A model generated the notes under the pieces. That model worked only from the letters and a program-made list of their open reading frames with translations, had not been told where the DNA came from and did not search any database. 49,685 nt of DNA from a virus. Shown here piece by piece: positions 17,534 to 27,197 of this stretch. The stretch spans positions 1 through 49,685 of the IMG/VR virus record IMGVR_UViG_3300044652_000026. One strand, given 5' to 3'. A program made the position numbers and the translations under genes. Positions within the stretch are counted from its first letter, which is position 1, and the number at the start of each line of letters is the position of its first letter.

Positions 17534-20095
17534 GTGGATGCTGACCTCCTAGCGCTTCGAATCAAGGTCACTGGCGGCAAGAGCGGCGCCGCCGAGGTCA
17601 AGGCCCTGAATACGGAGGTCGCGGCCACCGGTGCAGCCGCAAAGAAGGCCAGCACCGAGCAGGCCGCCGCGCAGGCGCGACTCGCCAGGACTGCGACCTC
17701 CCTCAAATCAGTGGGGCGGGGCCTGACCACCTACGTCAGCCTGCCGATCGCCGGAGTCGGGATCGCGGCGGGCATGATGGCGCTCGATTTCGACCGCTCG
17801 ATGCGAAACGTCAACTCGATCGCCCAGCTTCCCGAGCGCCAGTTCGAATCCCTGAAGCAGAAAGTCCTCGACCTCGCTGGCCCCACTGCGCAGGCGCCGA
17901 AAACCCTCGCTGAGGGCTTGTATGACCTCGTCTCCAGCGGCTTCGATGCCGCCGAAGGCATCACGATCCTGCGCCATTCAGCCCTCGCTGCCTCGGCGGG
18001 CCTGACGACTACCGAGGTGTCGACCAAAGCCGTCGCCGCCGTGCTGAACGCCTATCAGCTGAAAGCAAGTGCCGCCGGGGGTGTCTCGGACACGCTCTTC
18101 GAAACCGTGAACCGCGGCGTCCTGACCTTCGAGGAATTGGCCTCGACGATCGGTGACGTTCTGCCCTTCGCGGCGCAGATGCACGTCAATCTGAACGAAA
18201 TCGGGGCCGCCACCTCGACGATGACGAAGGCTGGGCTATCGGCCCCAGAGACGATGACGAGGCTGAAGAACACCTTGGTCACATTGCTCAAACCCGGCAA
18301 GGATCTAAAAAACCGGCTGAAGGAAATGAACACGACTGGCGAAGAACTAGTCAGCAAAAAGGGCCTGCAGGGCGCGCTGGAAGCAATCATCGCTCCAATG
18401 CATGGCAACAAGGAAGCCATCGCCGCGATGTTCCCCAACATCCGGGCGCTGGGTGGGGTGCTGGCGCTGACAGGTCGCAATTCCGCGCGCGCCGCCGAAG
18501 ACTTGGCCAGCTTCAGGGATACCTCCGGCGCGACCGCGCGGGTGCTGAAGCAACAGGAACAGTCCTTCGGCTTTCAGCTACAGCGCTCGTGGGCGCAACT
18601 CTCGGCAGTGCTGATCGAACTCGGCGAAGAACTGCTGCCGGTGGTCGTCCCGGCGATCCTCAGCCTCGCTCACGGTGCTCAACAGCTCGTCGGCTGGTTC
18701 CTGCACCTGCCTGGGCCGATGCAGAAGGTCGTTGTCGAGGCGACCGCACTCGCGGCATTGGCGGGGCCGATGCTGGTCTTCGCCGCCGCAGTGCTGAAAG
18801 CCGCGAAAACCCTCGGCCTGCTGGAGGCGATGAGCAGTACGGGAATCCTCTCGGGTCGGGGAAAGGGCGCGCTGAGCCTGCTCGGCAAGATCGGGGCCGT
18901 GGGCCTCGGCGTCGGAGCCTCACAGATGGCCGGAGACGCTGCGGGTGGTGACTTCGGTAACTGGCTCAGCAACGTCGGATCTGGCGCCGCGGTCGGCGCG
19001 GGCGTCGGCTCGGTGGTGCCGGTGGTCGGTACGGGCGTCGGCGCCCTGGTCGGCGGTGCTGCGGGCGGGCTGCTGTCGGTCGTCCAGAAGCTCAATGGTG
19101 CCGAGAAGGATCTGACCGCCACGCAGATGAAGCTCGCCCGCGACTCGAAGTTCATCGCGAAGGGCATGGAAAACCAGCGGATCGCGGGCGGCAACCTCGG
19201 CCGCTCGACGGTGCGTCTGCACCGGGCCAACGCCCGTCAAAAAGCCGCCCTCGATGCCGTCCGGGCAGCGCGTGCCCGCGTCACTGCGGCGGAGGCCGCT
19301 TATGGCCCTACGGCCGCCCAGACGATAAGCGCCGAACGTCGCCTCCAACTCGCGATACAGGGTAAAACGCGGGCGCTACATCGTGCCCAAATGGCGCAGC
19401 GGAAGCATGGCATCGAGCTTCAGCAGTTCAAGCAGATCGCCGTCTCCAACGTCCTCGCCGAGCGCAACGAAGTCAACATCTTGTCGCGGAAGAAATTCGC
19501 TCTGGACCGCGAATGGGTGGCGGCGAAGCGCTCCGGGGCCGGGCAGAATCGGCTCAACGAACTCGCCGAACATGGCCAGCATGTCTCCAGCCGACTGGCG
19601 GGAGCCAATAAACGCCTAGCCGAAACGATTTCGGAAGCTGCCGTGAAAGCTGGGCCGAAGTTCGCGACCTTCCTGCGCAATGCCAACCGCGAAACCCTAA
19701 AGGCAGGGGGCACCTTCAAGCTGCTTGACGAACAAACTCAGCATCTCACTCTTCATCTCGAACAGCTTTCCGAAGTGCCACCCCCGAACCTGAGTCTCGG
19801 CCGCGGTCGGCATCATGGAGTAGGCCACAACGCCGCCGGAACCGAATGGTGGCGCGGTGGCCTATCACTCGTCGGTGAGCGCGGCCCGGAGCTTCTGGAT
19901 CTGCCGCGCGGCTCCCGTGTCTTCTCGGCTCCGCGTACTCGCGCAGCCCTCGGCGAGCCACGCACCGCCGCCGCAGTCGGAAATCTTCGGGGTGGCAATA
20001 CCCGCTATCTGGTCGCAACGCCGATCAAGGTCGGCAAGAAGGTTCTCCTGGAGGCTATGGTCGAAGCCCGCGAGGACGCGGAAGCGAGGCTCTGA
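17534..20095 (+). CDS. Tail tape measure protein
   Basis: 853 aa, Ala/Gly-rich and helical, with Gly-rich hydrophobic segments mid-protein. Canonical position. Confidence 0.85.
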   Translation: MDADLLALRIKVTGGKSGAAEVKALNTEVAATGAAAKKASTEQAAAQARLARTATSLKSVGRGLTTYVSLPIAGVGIAAGMMALDFDRSMRNVNSIAQLPERQFESLKQKVLDLAGPTAQAPKTLAEGLYDLVSSGFDAAEGITILRHSALAASAGLTTTEVSTKAVAAVLNAYQLKASAAGGVSDTLFETVNRGVLTFEELASTIGDVLPFAAQMHVNLNEIGAATSTMTKAGLSAPETMTRLKNTLVTLLKPGKDLKNRLKEMNTTGEELVSKKGLQGALEAIIAPMHGNKEAIAAMFPNIRALGGVLALTGRNSARAAEDLASFRDTSGATARVLKQQEQSFGFQLQRSWAQLSAVLIELGEELLPVVVPAILSLAHGAQQLVGWFLHLPGPMQKVVVEATALAALAGPMLVFAAAVLKAAKTLGLLEAMSSTGILSGRGKGALSLLGKIGAVGLGVGASQMAGDAAGGDFGNWLSNVGSGAAVGAGVGSVVPVVGTGVGALVGGAAGGLLSVVQKLNGAEKDLTATQMKLARDSKFIAKGMENQRIAGGNLGRSTVRLHRANARQKAALDAVRAARARVTAAEAAYGPTAAQTISAERRLQLAIQGKTRALHRAQMAQRKHGIELQQFKQIAVSNVLAERNEVNILSRKKFALDREWVAAKRSGAGQNRLNELAEHGQHVSSRLAGANKRLAETISEAAVKAGPKFATFLRNANRETLKAGGTFKLLDEQTQHLTLHLEQLSEVPPPNLSLGRGRHHGVGHNAAGTEWWRGGLSLVGERGPELLDLPRGSRVFSAPRTRAALGEPRTAAAVGNLRGGNTRYLVATPIKVGKKVLLEAMVEAREDAEARL

Positions 20096-20775
20096 TGCAG
20101 CGCAACCCGAAGGCATACATCAGGATCAGGGGCCGCAGCTTCGACTTCAGCTGCTATCTCGGCAACGGGCGCCCGCGGATCACCGGCGGCGGCGCCGAAT
20201 ACGAAGCGCAGCGCCGCCCGCAGTCCGATGCCGCAACGATCTTCACCGGGAACGGGCTGCTGACCGTCGACGTGCCGGTCCTCTTCGACGGCTGGGCCGA
20301 GCGTCGCGACATCGGTCCCCATGTCGATCAGGTGACCAACCTCTGTTTCGGGCGCGGTCGCAACCCGCCCCCGGACTTCATCGCGACCTATCCCGGCCCT
20401 GGCTCGGGTGGGCGGTTCCAGATGTCGCTGCCCGAAGAACTCGAAGACCCCAAGCCGATCGTCGGTCCCAACGGGACCCTCTTCCGGCAAGCGCTGATGC
20501 TGAAGCTGGTCGAGTTCAACGATCCGACCTCCATCGGCTTCGTCAAGCGCGGCCCGGTTGCCTCTCGCAAGCGAGAAGCCGACGTCACGTCGATTGTGCT
20601 CAAACAGCCGATGTCGCTGCTCGAAATCGCCGCCAGGTATCTCAACGGCCCCGAAGACGCGAAAGAACTCGGCCGGATCAACGACATAAAGGATCTGCGA
20701 AAGAAGCTGCCGGTCGGCACGAGGGTCAAGCTGGGGACCAAAGCGAATCTCGATGAGGCTGTCGAGGCAAGCTGA
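20095..20775 (+). CDS. Baseplate/tail protein with a C-terminal LysM-like motif (P2 gpX-type position)
   Basis: 226 aa. C-terminus MSLLEIAARYLNGPEDAKELGRINDIKDLRKKLPVGTRVKL. TGATG overlap with the tape measure gene. Confidence 0.55.
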   Translation: MQRNPKAYIRIRGRSFDFSCYLGNGRPRITGGGAEYEAQRRPQSDAATIFTGNGLLTVDVPVLFDGWAERRDIGPHVDQVTNLCFGRGRNPPPDFIATYPGPGSGGRFQMSLPEELEDPKPIVGPNGTLFRQALMLKLVEFNDPTSIGFVKRGPVASRKREADVTSIVLKQPMSLLEIAARYLNGPEDAKELGRINDIKDLRKKLPVGTRVKLGTKANLDEAVEAS

Positions 20776-22640
20776 TGGCGGCAAAAGTCGGCGTCGCTCA
20801 GGCGCAGCCGGTCAAGCCGGAACGCTCCGTTCCCGGCATCCACTCGGTGCAGGGGATCAACTCCCACGTCGAGGACATACGGCTCCGCGGGCAGAAGCTC
20901 GTTGCGGTCATCGGTGACGCGATCGCCGAGGCGACCCTCGTTCGCAAGATCGTCGGCGCCTCCGAACTCACTCTCACGATCCTCGATCCCAACCGCAGGC
21001 TGCTGCGCTCGAAGCTGCTCCGAGAAGCGCACGAAATCACCCTCGACGGCCTGCACTGGAAGCTCGTCAAGGTGTCGGCCGAGGGGCGCAACGAGCCGCT
21101 GGTCCTGACCTACGAGCCACGCGTCGTCTATGACCTGAAGAAGCTGAAGGGGCCGCACAAAGCCTTCCGCGACAAGATGACGCGGGCGGAGTTCGCCAAG
21201 GCCCGAGCCTTCGAAGCCCGCCCCCGGCCCCGCTTCGTCTCCCCCGAACTGCACGTCGTGCAGGACATCGCCTCGGCCGCCGACGGCAAGCGAGCCAAAA
21301 AGCACGCCGAGGAATCGCGCGGCAAGGGCATCGGGGTCCACGACCCGAACTTGAAGATCAACGACCTCCCGGCCACCAAACACCAGGCCGAAATCATCGA
21401 GCGGATGCTGCGTGTCGCGGAGTCCGAAGGCGCCGCCACGAAGGTCATGGAAGCGCTGGTCCTGGCGGTGATCGATGAGTCGATCGTCGGCACCCTCTCC
21501 GACAACCTGCTCCAGATCGAACCGGAGTCGGTGTCGGGCTTCCACGGCGATCCGACCAACCCCGAGCAGTCCGCGCGAGGCTTCCTGCGCGGCTATGAAT
21601 CCTCGGCCCCGGGGGCGCTCGGCGTCTACAAGGCCCACCCCGACTACTCGCCCGCTCAGATTGCGACCACCGTCCAGCGCAACGCCGCGGGTGCCGGACC
21701 CTATGAACGCTTCACCGAGGAAGGCCGGGCGTGGGTGGCGGCCTACGGCGGCGGCTCGGAGGTCACGACGACCGACTTCGAGCGCTATGCCTTCTCGCAG
21801 TCAAAGACGGAGTCCAACTGGCATTGCATGGTCAGGCTGGCGACGGAGGTCCACTGGCGCTGCTTTGAGTCGGCAGCCTGGATTTACTACCTCGACGACC
21901 CGACGCTGCTGCGGTCCTCCCACCGTATGCGTGTCTCTGACGTGGCGCCGGGGATCATCGACACGTCCTTCGACTACGACGTCGGCAAGGAGGTCACGGA
22001 GGTCATCGTCGAAGCGCTGGCAAAGACGTGGGCGGCACCCCCGGGCACCGTCGCCGCCGTCTCCCGCCACGGCCCCGCCAACGGCCTCTACCTCGTCGAG
22101 CAGATCGAATCGAAACCTTCCTCACACAAGGACGTCGTCAACGTCACCCTTCGCAAGCCGACCGAGCCACTGCCCGAGCCAGCACCGCAGTCGAAGTCCG
22201 GCAGCGTCAGCTTCGGAGGCGGCAGCGGTTCGGGGGTCTGGCCGCCGAAGGTCCAGGCGATCGTCAACTACATCGACCGCGCCAGCGCCGCATCTACCTC
22301 CTATGAGTGGGGAGGCGGTCACGGCAGCTTCGCATCGCCCGACGCCGACAAGGACTGCTCGGGCTTCGTCTCGGCTGCCGTCCATGCCGCGGGCTATCTC
22401 TCGGTCCCCGTCACTTCCGGCGTTTTCGCGGAGAAGTTCCCGCACGGCGAGGGCGAATGGGTGACGATCTACGGCAACGCAAAACACGTCTTCATGGCGG
22501 TCAAATACCCCGACGGCCACTGGCGCTATGCGGGCACCGGGGGTTCTCCGGCCGGGGGCGGATGGGTCGACGACAACAACGGGACCTCGGGTGCGCCTGC
22601 GCGGGGGGACAAGACAGCCAGCCATCCTCCCGGGCTATAG
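20775..22640 (+). CDS. Baseplate hub-type protein fused to a C-terminal NlpC/P60-like cysteine peptidase
   Basis: 621 aa in the hub position. The C-terminus has DKDCSGFVSAAVHAAGY ... GNAKHVFMAV, a Cys/His papain-like hydrolase signature. Confidence 0.6.
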   Translation: MAAKVGVAQAQPVKPERSVPGIHSVQGINSHVEDIRLRGQKLVAVIGDAIAEATLVRKIVGASELTLTILDPNRRLLRSKLLREAHEITLDGLHWKLVKVSAEGRNEPLVLTYEPRVVYDLKKLKGPHKAFRDKMTRAEFAKARAFEARPRPRFVSPELHVVQDIASAADGKRAKKHAEESRGKGIGVHDPNLKINDLPATKHQAEIIERMLRVAESEGAATKVMEALVLAVIDESIVGTLSDNLLQIEPESVSGFHGDPTNPEQSARGFLRGYESSAPGALGVYKAHPDYSPAQIATTVQRNAAGAGPYERFTEEGRAWVAAYGGGSEVTTTDFERYAFSQSKTESNWHCMVRLATEVHWRCFESAAWIYYLDDPTLLRSSHRMRVSDVAPGIIDTSFDYDVGKEVTEVIVEALAKTWAAPPGTVAAVSRHGPANGLYLVEQIESKPSSHKDVVNVTLRKPTEPLPEPAPQSKSGSVSFGGGSGSGVWPPKVQAIVNYIDRASAASTSYEWGGGHGSFASPDADKDCSGFVSAAVHAAGYLSVPVTSGVFAEKFPHGEGEWVTIYGNAKHVFMAVKYPDGHWRYAGTGGSPAGGGWVDDNNGTSGAPARGDKTASHPPGL

Positions 22641-24620
22641 ATGCCGAACCTCGCCGAACCACCCGCCCCGAGCGACCCCGTCGCCCACCTCGGCATCGTC
22701 GTCGAGCCGCCCGCAGCGCTGGGCGATCCCTTCACGGTGCGCATCCCCGCCTTCGATGACCTGCACGTCTTCGAGATTCGGCGCTGGGAATACCGCGGGC
22801 CGACGCTTCCCGCACCAGGCGATGAGTGCCTCGTCATCGTCCACGACAAGGCAGAGCCGTGGGTCGCGGCGTGGTGGCCTGCCGCGGGCGATAGCTCAAC
22901 CGACATATTCCTCGACGCTCGCGACTGGGTTGGCCGCACACCCACAACCTCCGATCGCGGGCCTCAGCTACAGAAAGCCCTCGAAGCCGCCCGGGATGAG
23001 GGACCGGGCGCCAAGCTGATCCTGCCGCCCTGGCAGATCGTCACGGCCCAGCCGCTCGAAGTCGGCGACCTCGTCAATCTCGACGGCCACGGACCCCTCG
23101 TATCAGATCTAAAGCTCGGGGACGGCAGTAACTGTGACATCTTGACCGTCGAGAATTACGAATCGGGCGGGGTTCACAATATCGGGCTTCGGAATTTCTC
23201 CATCGAAGGTAACTCTGCCAACAACTCGGCTGGCTCCGGTATTCTGAGCGATGGGGTTTCGGTCATCGGCGACAACCTGATCGTCCACAACTGCGCCGAA
23301 GACGGCATAGTTCACACTCAGTCCCGGCCGGGCGATGAATCACGCGCCTTCGGCGAGGACGATTCCTTTTGGCACAACGTCAAGGTCCTTGATTCGGGAC
23401 GCTATGGGATTCGAAGCAACGCCCATGACTGTCACTACACCGAGATTTGGGTCTGCTCAAACGATACGTGCAACTTCGTGGTCGATGAAAAAGGCTATGC
23501 CTCGAAGCTGACGCGGGTACATGCCTTCGGCGGCGCTGACTATGGGATTGAATTTCGCGCCTCGGCCAAGTGCGTCAACTGCGAGGGCGAGGGCGGCCGC
23601 AAAGCAAATGTCCTTTTCAAAGCCGACAACGTTCAGTGGATCGGCGGCTCGGTGTTCTATGACGGCGGCAGCGGAGCGGGGAAAGTCGGCTTCGAGTGGG
23701 CAACGGGCGCGGGCTTCAACACCCTGATCGACGGCGCGCGTGTAAACGATTGTGTCGAAGGTGCCTTCAAGTTCACCGGTACCGGCTCTAATTCCCGAAT
23801 ACGGGCCGTCGTGAGCCAGAAAGAAGGAAAAGTCGTCGTCGGTGAACCCGGCAGCAACATCGACTTCGACCTTCACGTAATCGGCGAAGCCAAACCCAAC
23901 CTGCCGATCAAGACCGTCGCCTCCTCGGGAACGATCAGTCTGCCCAACTCGGCCAAAGTCATCGAAATCACCGGCAAAAACGAAATCAAAGAAATCGAAG
24001 TCACGAAACAGAACCATGAGGTCACTCTCCGCTTCCGCGAAAACTGTACCGTCAAGGACGGCAACAACCTTGACCTAAAGGGTGATTTCAACGCGAAACC
24101 CGATGACACGCTGGAGCTTGTCTGCGGAGTTACCGAATGGCATGAGAAGAATCGCTCAGGCCGCGAAGGGGGCACGATGTACGGCCCGGCTCCACTCATC
24201 GGCACCCCGGCCAGCGCGGCCTCTCCGGGCGGCAGCAAGTACGAGTCCGTGCGGATCACGATTCCCAATCGCGCCACCTTGACCGGGGTCGCTCTGCGGG
24301 TCGGCAACGAATCGAAAAACAGCGTTCGCGTCTACCTGCACGACCTGGCGGGCAACCTCCTCGCCAACTCCTCGGTGACGGCGATGGGCACCGCCGAACA
24401 GTGGCAGCGGATTGCCTTCCAATCGAAACCGACGATCGAGGCGGGCGATTACGTGCTGACGATCCAATATGCCTCGGTGACGAGCAAGATCTACAAGGCG
24501 CGGATGCTGGCGCCGACGCTGACCGCTGAAGGCCCGGCCGAATTCGGCGTCATCGGCAAACTCGCGGCGGTCCCGACGGAACCCGAGAACGTCGATCGGC
24601 CAATTCTGGTGACCTACTAG
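22641..24620 (+). CDS. Central spike (gpV-like OB-fold N-terminus) fused to a right-handed beta-helix (pectin-lyase-fold) domain and a C-terminal beta-rich domain
   Basis: N-terminus LGIVVEPPAALGDPFTVRIPAF...PAPGDECLVIVHDKAEPWVAAWWP. Middle region NIGLRNFSIEGNSANNSAGSGILSDGVSVIGDNLIVHNCAEDGIVHT has beta-helix repeats. Confidence 0.6.
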   Translation: MPNLAEPPAPSDPVAHLGIVVEPPAALGDPFTVRIPAFDDLHVFEIRRWEYRGPTLPAPGDECLVIVHDKAEPWVAAWWPAAGDSSTDIFLDARDWVGRTPTTSDRGPQLQKALEAARDEGPGAKLILPPWQIVTAQPLEVGDLVNLDGHGPLVSDLKLGDGSNCDILTVENYESGGVHNIGLRNFSIEGNSANNSAGSGILSDGVSVIGDNLIVHNCAEDGIVHTQSRPGDESRAFGEDDSFWHNVKVLDSGRYGIRSNAHDCHYTEIWVCSNDTCNFVVDEKGYASKLTRVHAFGGADYGIEFRASAKCVNCEGEGGRKANVLFKADNVQWIGGSVFYDGGSGAGKVGFEWATGAGFNTLIDGARVNDCVEGAFKFTGTGSNSRIRAVVSQKEGKVVVGEPGSNIDFDLHVIGEAKPNLPIKTVASSGTISLPNSAKVIEITGKNEIKEIEVTKQNHEVTLRFRENCTVKDGNNLDLKGDFNAKPDDTLELVCGVTEWHEKNRSGREGGTMYGPAPLIGTPASAASPGGSKYESVRITIPNRATLTGVALRVGNESKNSVRVYLHDLAGNLLANSSVTAMGTAEQWQRIAFQSKPTIEAGDYVLTIQYASVTSKIYKARMLAPTLTAEGPAEFGVIGKLAAVPTEPENVDRPILVTY

Positions 24621-24636
24621 CTAGGATCAGGCTCCG

Positions 24637-25710
24637 GTGCGCTTCCACCTACCCGCCCTTCCTGGTCAGCCGACGATCGCCGCCAACTCCAGCTGCGCCT
24701 ACACGCAGAAGGTCCGGCGCTTCGCCTCGATGATGCACGACTGCGGCCACCATGTGATCCTCTACGGCGGCGGCGACAACGACGCTCGCTGCAACGAATA
24801 CGTTCCCGCCTACCAGGACACCGAGCCGGTCGCCTTCGACCCGACGGCCTGGGCGCCCGGCAACGCCGCCGTCATCGGTGAGATTGCGGCCCGCGTCGAG
24901 CCGGGCGACGTGATTCTGCTGATCGCCGGGCGCTGCCAGGAGACGATCGTCAACGCCTTCCCCAACCACACCTGCGTCGAGTTCGGGATCGGCTACGGCG
25001 GCAGCTTCGCCGCCTTCCGCGTCTTCGAGTCCTACGCCTGGATGCACTCGACCTATGCCGCGCAGGGTGGCCCCGATCCCCACGCACTCGACGGGAACGC
25101 CTACCACGCCGTGATCCCGAACTACTTCGACGTCGAGGACTTCCCGGCCGGTGACGGCTCCGGCGACTTCCTGCTCTACGTGGGGCGGCTGATCGAGCGC
25201 AAGGGCGTCGAGGTCGCCGTCAACGTCGCGCGGGCGACCGGCATGACCCTCTTCCTCGCGGGCGAGGGCCAGTACCGACCCGGCGAGGGCGAGCCGAACA
25301 TCGAGTACGTCGGCGCCGTCGAGCCGGGTCAGCGCGCCGCCATGATGGGCAAGGCCCGCTGCCTGCTGGCGCCGACGACCTACATCGAGCCGTTCGGGGG
25401 CGTCGTCGTCGAGGCCGCACTCTGCGGGACCCCGGCGATCACGACCGACTGGGGCGCCTTCCCGGAGACGGTCGTGCAGGGCATCACCGGCTACCGCTGT
25501 CGCCGGCTCGGCGAGTTCATCTGGGCCGCCGAGCACGCCGACACGCTCTATCGCGGGAACATCCGCAATCGGGCCATCGCCAAGTATTCGGTCGATGCGA
25601 TCGCCCCGCGATATGAGGCATACTTTGCGCACCTGGCGACGCTACAAAATGGCCGGGGAGGCTGGTATGACCCCCGCCCGGCGCCGCCGGGGCTGGCGGT
25701 GCCCGGCTAG
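24637..25710 (+). CDS. Glycosyltransferase, GT-B fold (group 1 / GT4-like)
   Basis: FLLYVGRLIERKGVEVAV...LFLAGEG...EPFGGVVVEAALCGTPAITTDWGAFPETV, an EX7E-type C-terminal motif. Confidence 0.8.
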   Translation: MRFHLPALPGQPTIAANSSCAYTQKVRRFASMMHDCGHHVILYGGGDNDARCNEYVPAYQDTEPVAFDPTAWAPGNAAVIGEIAARVEPGDVILLIAGRCQETIVNAFPNHTCVEFGIGYGGSFAAFRVFESYAWMHSTYAAQGGPDPHALDGNAYHAVIPNYFDVEDFPAGDGSGDFLLYVGRLIERKGVEVAVNVARATGMTLFLAGEGQYRPGEGEPNIEYVGAVEPGQRAAMMGKARCLLAPTTYIEPFGGVVVEAALCGTPAITTDWGAFPETVVQGITGYRCRRLGEFIWAAEHADTLYRGNIRNRAIAKYSVDAIAPRYEAYFAHLATLQNGRGGWYDPRPAPPGLAVPG

Positions 25711-25719
25711 GCTGGTCCC

Positions 25720-26028
25720 ATGCCGACGCCCGCCATCCCGAAGCTGCGCATCCCTCTGCGGCTCGAAAACGGGCGGCTCGGTGTTTGCGAGCAGGACAGC
25801 CAAGAGAACGTCGCCGCCTGCGTCTACGCGGTGCTGGCAACCGAACGCGGCTCGCGGCTGGAGGATCCCGACTTCGGAGTGGAGGACCCAGCCTTCGGCA
25901 CGCTGCCGCTCGACGTCGACGAATGGCTGGAGCAGATCGCGGCCTATGAGCCTCGCGCTGAGGTCCACACTGAGCAGGAAGTTGGCGACCTGATTGGCGC
26001 CGTGCTGGTCGAAGTGGGGCTGAACTGA
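25720..26028 (+). CDS. Baseplate wedge protein, gpW / gp25-like
   Basis: 102 aa. ENVAACVYAVLATERGSRLEDPDFGVEDPAFG...IAAYEPRAEV matches the GPW_gp25 pattern. Confidence 0.8.
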   Translation: MPTPAIPKLRIPLRLENGRLGVCEQDSQENVAACVYAVLATERGSRLEDPDFGVEDPAFGTLPLDVDEWLEQIAAYEPRAEVHTEQEVGDLIGAVLVEVGLN

Positions 26029-27188
26029 TGGCGGACTTCGTCACGCTGCCGATCGAATCGACGCCGCAGCAGATGCTCGAAGAGTGGTCTGCCGAAATGG
26101 AATCCCTGATCGAAGGCTGGACTCCGGCTCTTGGCGAGTACGAGACGATCTTCGCGCAGGCGATCATCTACCGGATCGTCTTCCCGCTGCTCCAGCTGGC
26201 GGCCAACGTCGATGCGGCGATCTTCCAAGAGTGGGGCCGCCAGATCGTCAACGTCGTCCCGCAAGAGGCAACGCGGGCGACCGTCGATTCGACCTGGACC
26301 CTGAAAGACAAATCCGGCTACACGATCACCGCCGGGACGCAGATCGATATCGCCCGCTCGGGCGACGATCGGGTCGGCTTCATCGTCGTCTCCGATGTCG
26401 TTGTGGCGCCTGGCGAAGACACGACCAAACCGGGCGAGGTGGTGCTCGAAGCCGTCGAACCGGGCCTGGACGGAAACGGCCTCGAAGGCGAAGGGGTGCT
26501 GATCGATGCCCTCTTCTTCGTCGATAGCATCGCGATCATCGGTGCCTCCTCGGGGGGAGCCGACGCCGAGGATCCCCAACACTTTCTTGCTCGCCTCGCG
26601 AGGACGATGCAGACCTACATCGAAGGTGTGGTGATCGCTCGCGACGTCGAGATTGTCGCCCTCAACGTGCCGGGGATCGGCCGCGCGCTGGCGCTCGACA
26701 ACTACAACGCCGAAACCGAAGAAGACGAACAGGAGAAGACGACCACAGTCGCGGTCACCGATGCCGAAGGCGAACCCGCCACGGCGGAAGCCAAGGAAGC
26801 GCTGGCAGCGAAGCTGGAGGAAAAGCGCGAGGTTAACTACCTCTTCTTCGTGATCGACCCGACCTACCACGAACTCGACGTCGAAGGCGAAATCGTCCCC
26901 ATGCAGGGCTTCGACAAAGCCGAAGTCGCCGCCAACGTCGCTGCGGCGATCGCCGAACGCTTCAGCCCGGCCCGGCACGGTCAGCAGCCGCCGGGCGACG
27001 ACACAAGCTGGGTCAACGACGACACTCTGCGCTACCAGGACCTCGTCACCGTCGTCAACAACGTCGAGGGCGTCGACTACTACAGCAGCTTGAAATGGCG
27101 GGTGGGGGTCGCGGCCTTCGGGACCGCCGATATCAGCCTCACCGGGGCCGCCCCACTCCCCCGGCCTGACACGATCACGATCACCTAG
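26028..27188 (+). CDS. Baseplate J-like protein (gp6 / gpJ family)
   Basis: 386 aa, ATGA-coupled to the gpW-like gene. N-terminal region is typical of Baseplate_J. Confidence 0.75.
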   Translation: MADFVTLPIESTPQQMLEEWSAEMESLIEGWTPALGEYETIFAQAIIYRIVFPLLQLAANVDAAIFQEWGRQIVNVVPQEATRATVDSTWTLKDKSGYTITAGTQIDIARSGDDRVGFIVVSDVVVAPGEDTTKPGEVVLEAVEPGLDGNGLEGEGVLIDALFFVDSIAIIGASSGGADAEDPQHFLARLARTMQTYIEGVVIARDVEIVALNVPGIGRALALDNYNAETEEDEQEKTTTVAVTDAEGEPATAEAKEALAAKLEEKREVNYLFFVIDPTYHELDVEGEIVPMQGFDKAEVAANVAAAIAERFSPARHGQQPPGDDTSWVNDDTLRYQDLVTVVNNVEGVDYYSSLKWRVGVAAFGTADISLTGAAPLPRPDTITIT

Positions 27189-27197
27189 GTCGCGGCG

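Noticed and set aside
17287-17544. 85-aa ORF in the +1 frame after the chaperone gene
   Set aside because: The translation is Arg/Gly-rich. The -1 frame over the same DNA gives a GC3-rich, protein-like sequence and fits the gpG/gpGT model.
20388-21638. 416-aa minus-strand ORF
   Set aside because: Antisense to the LysM and hub genes, with shadow-ORF composition and no start context
24649-25632. 327-aa minus-strand ORF
   Set aside because: Antisense to the glycosyltransferase, which has clear family motifs on the plus strand
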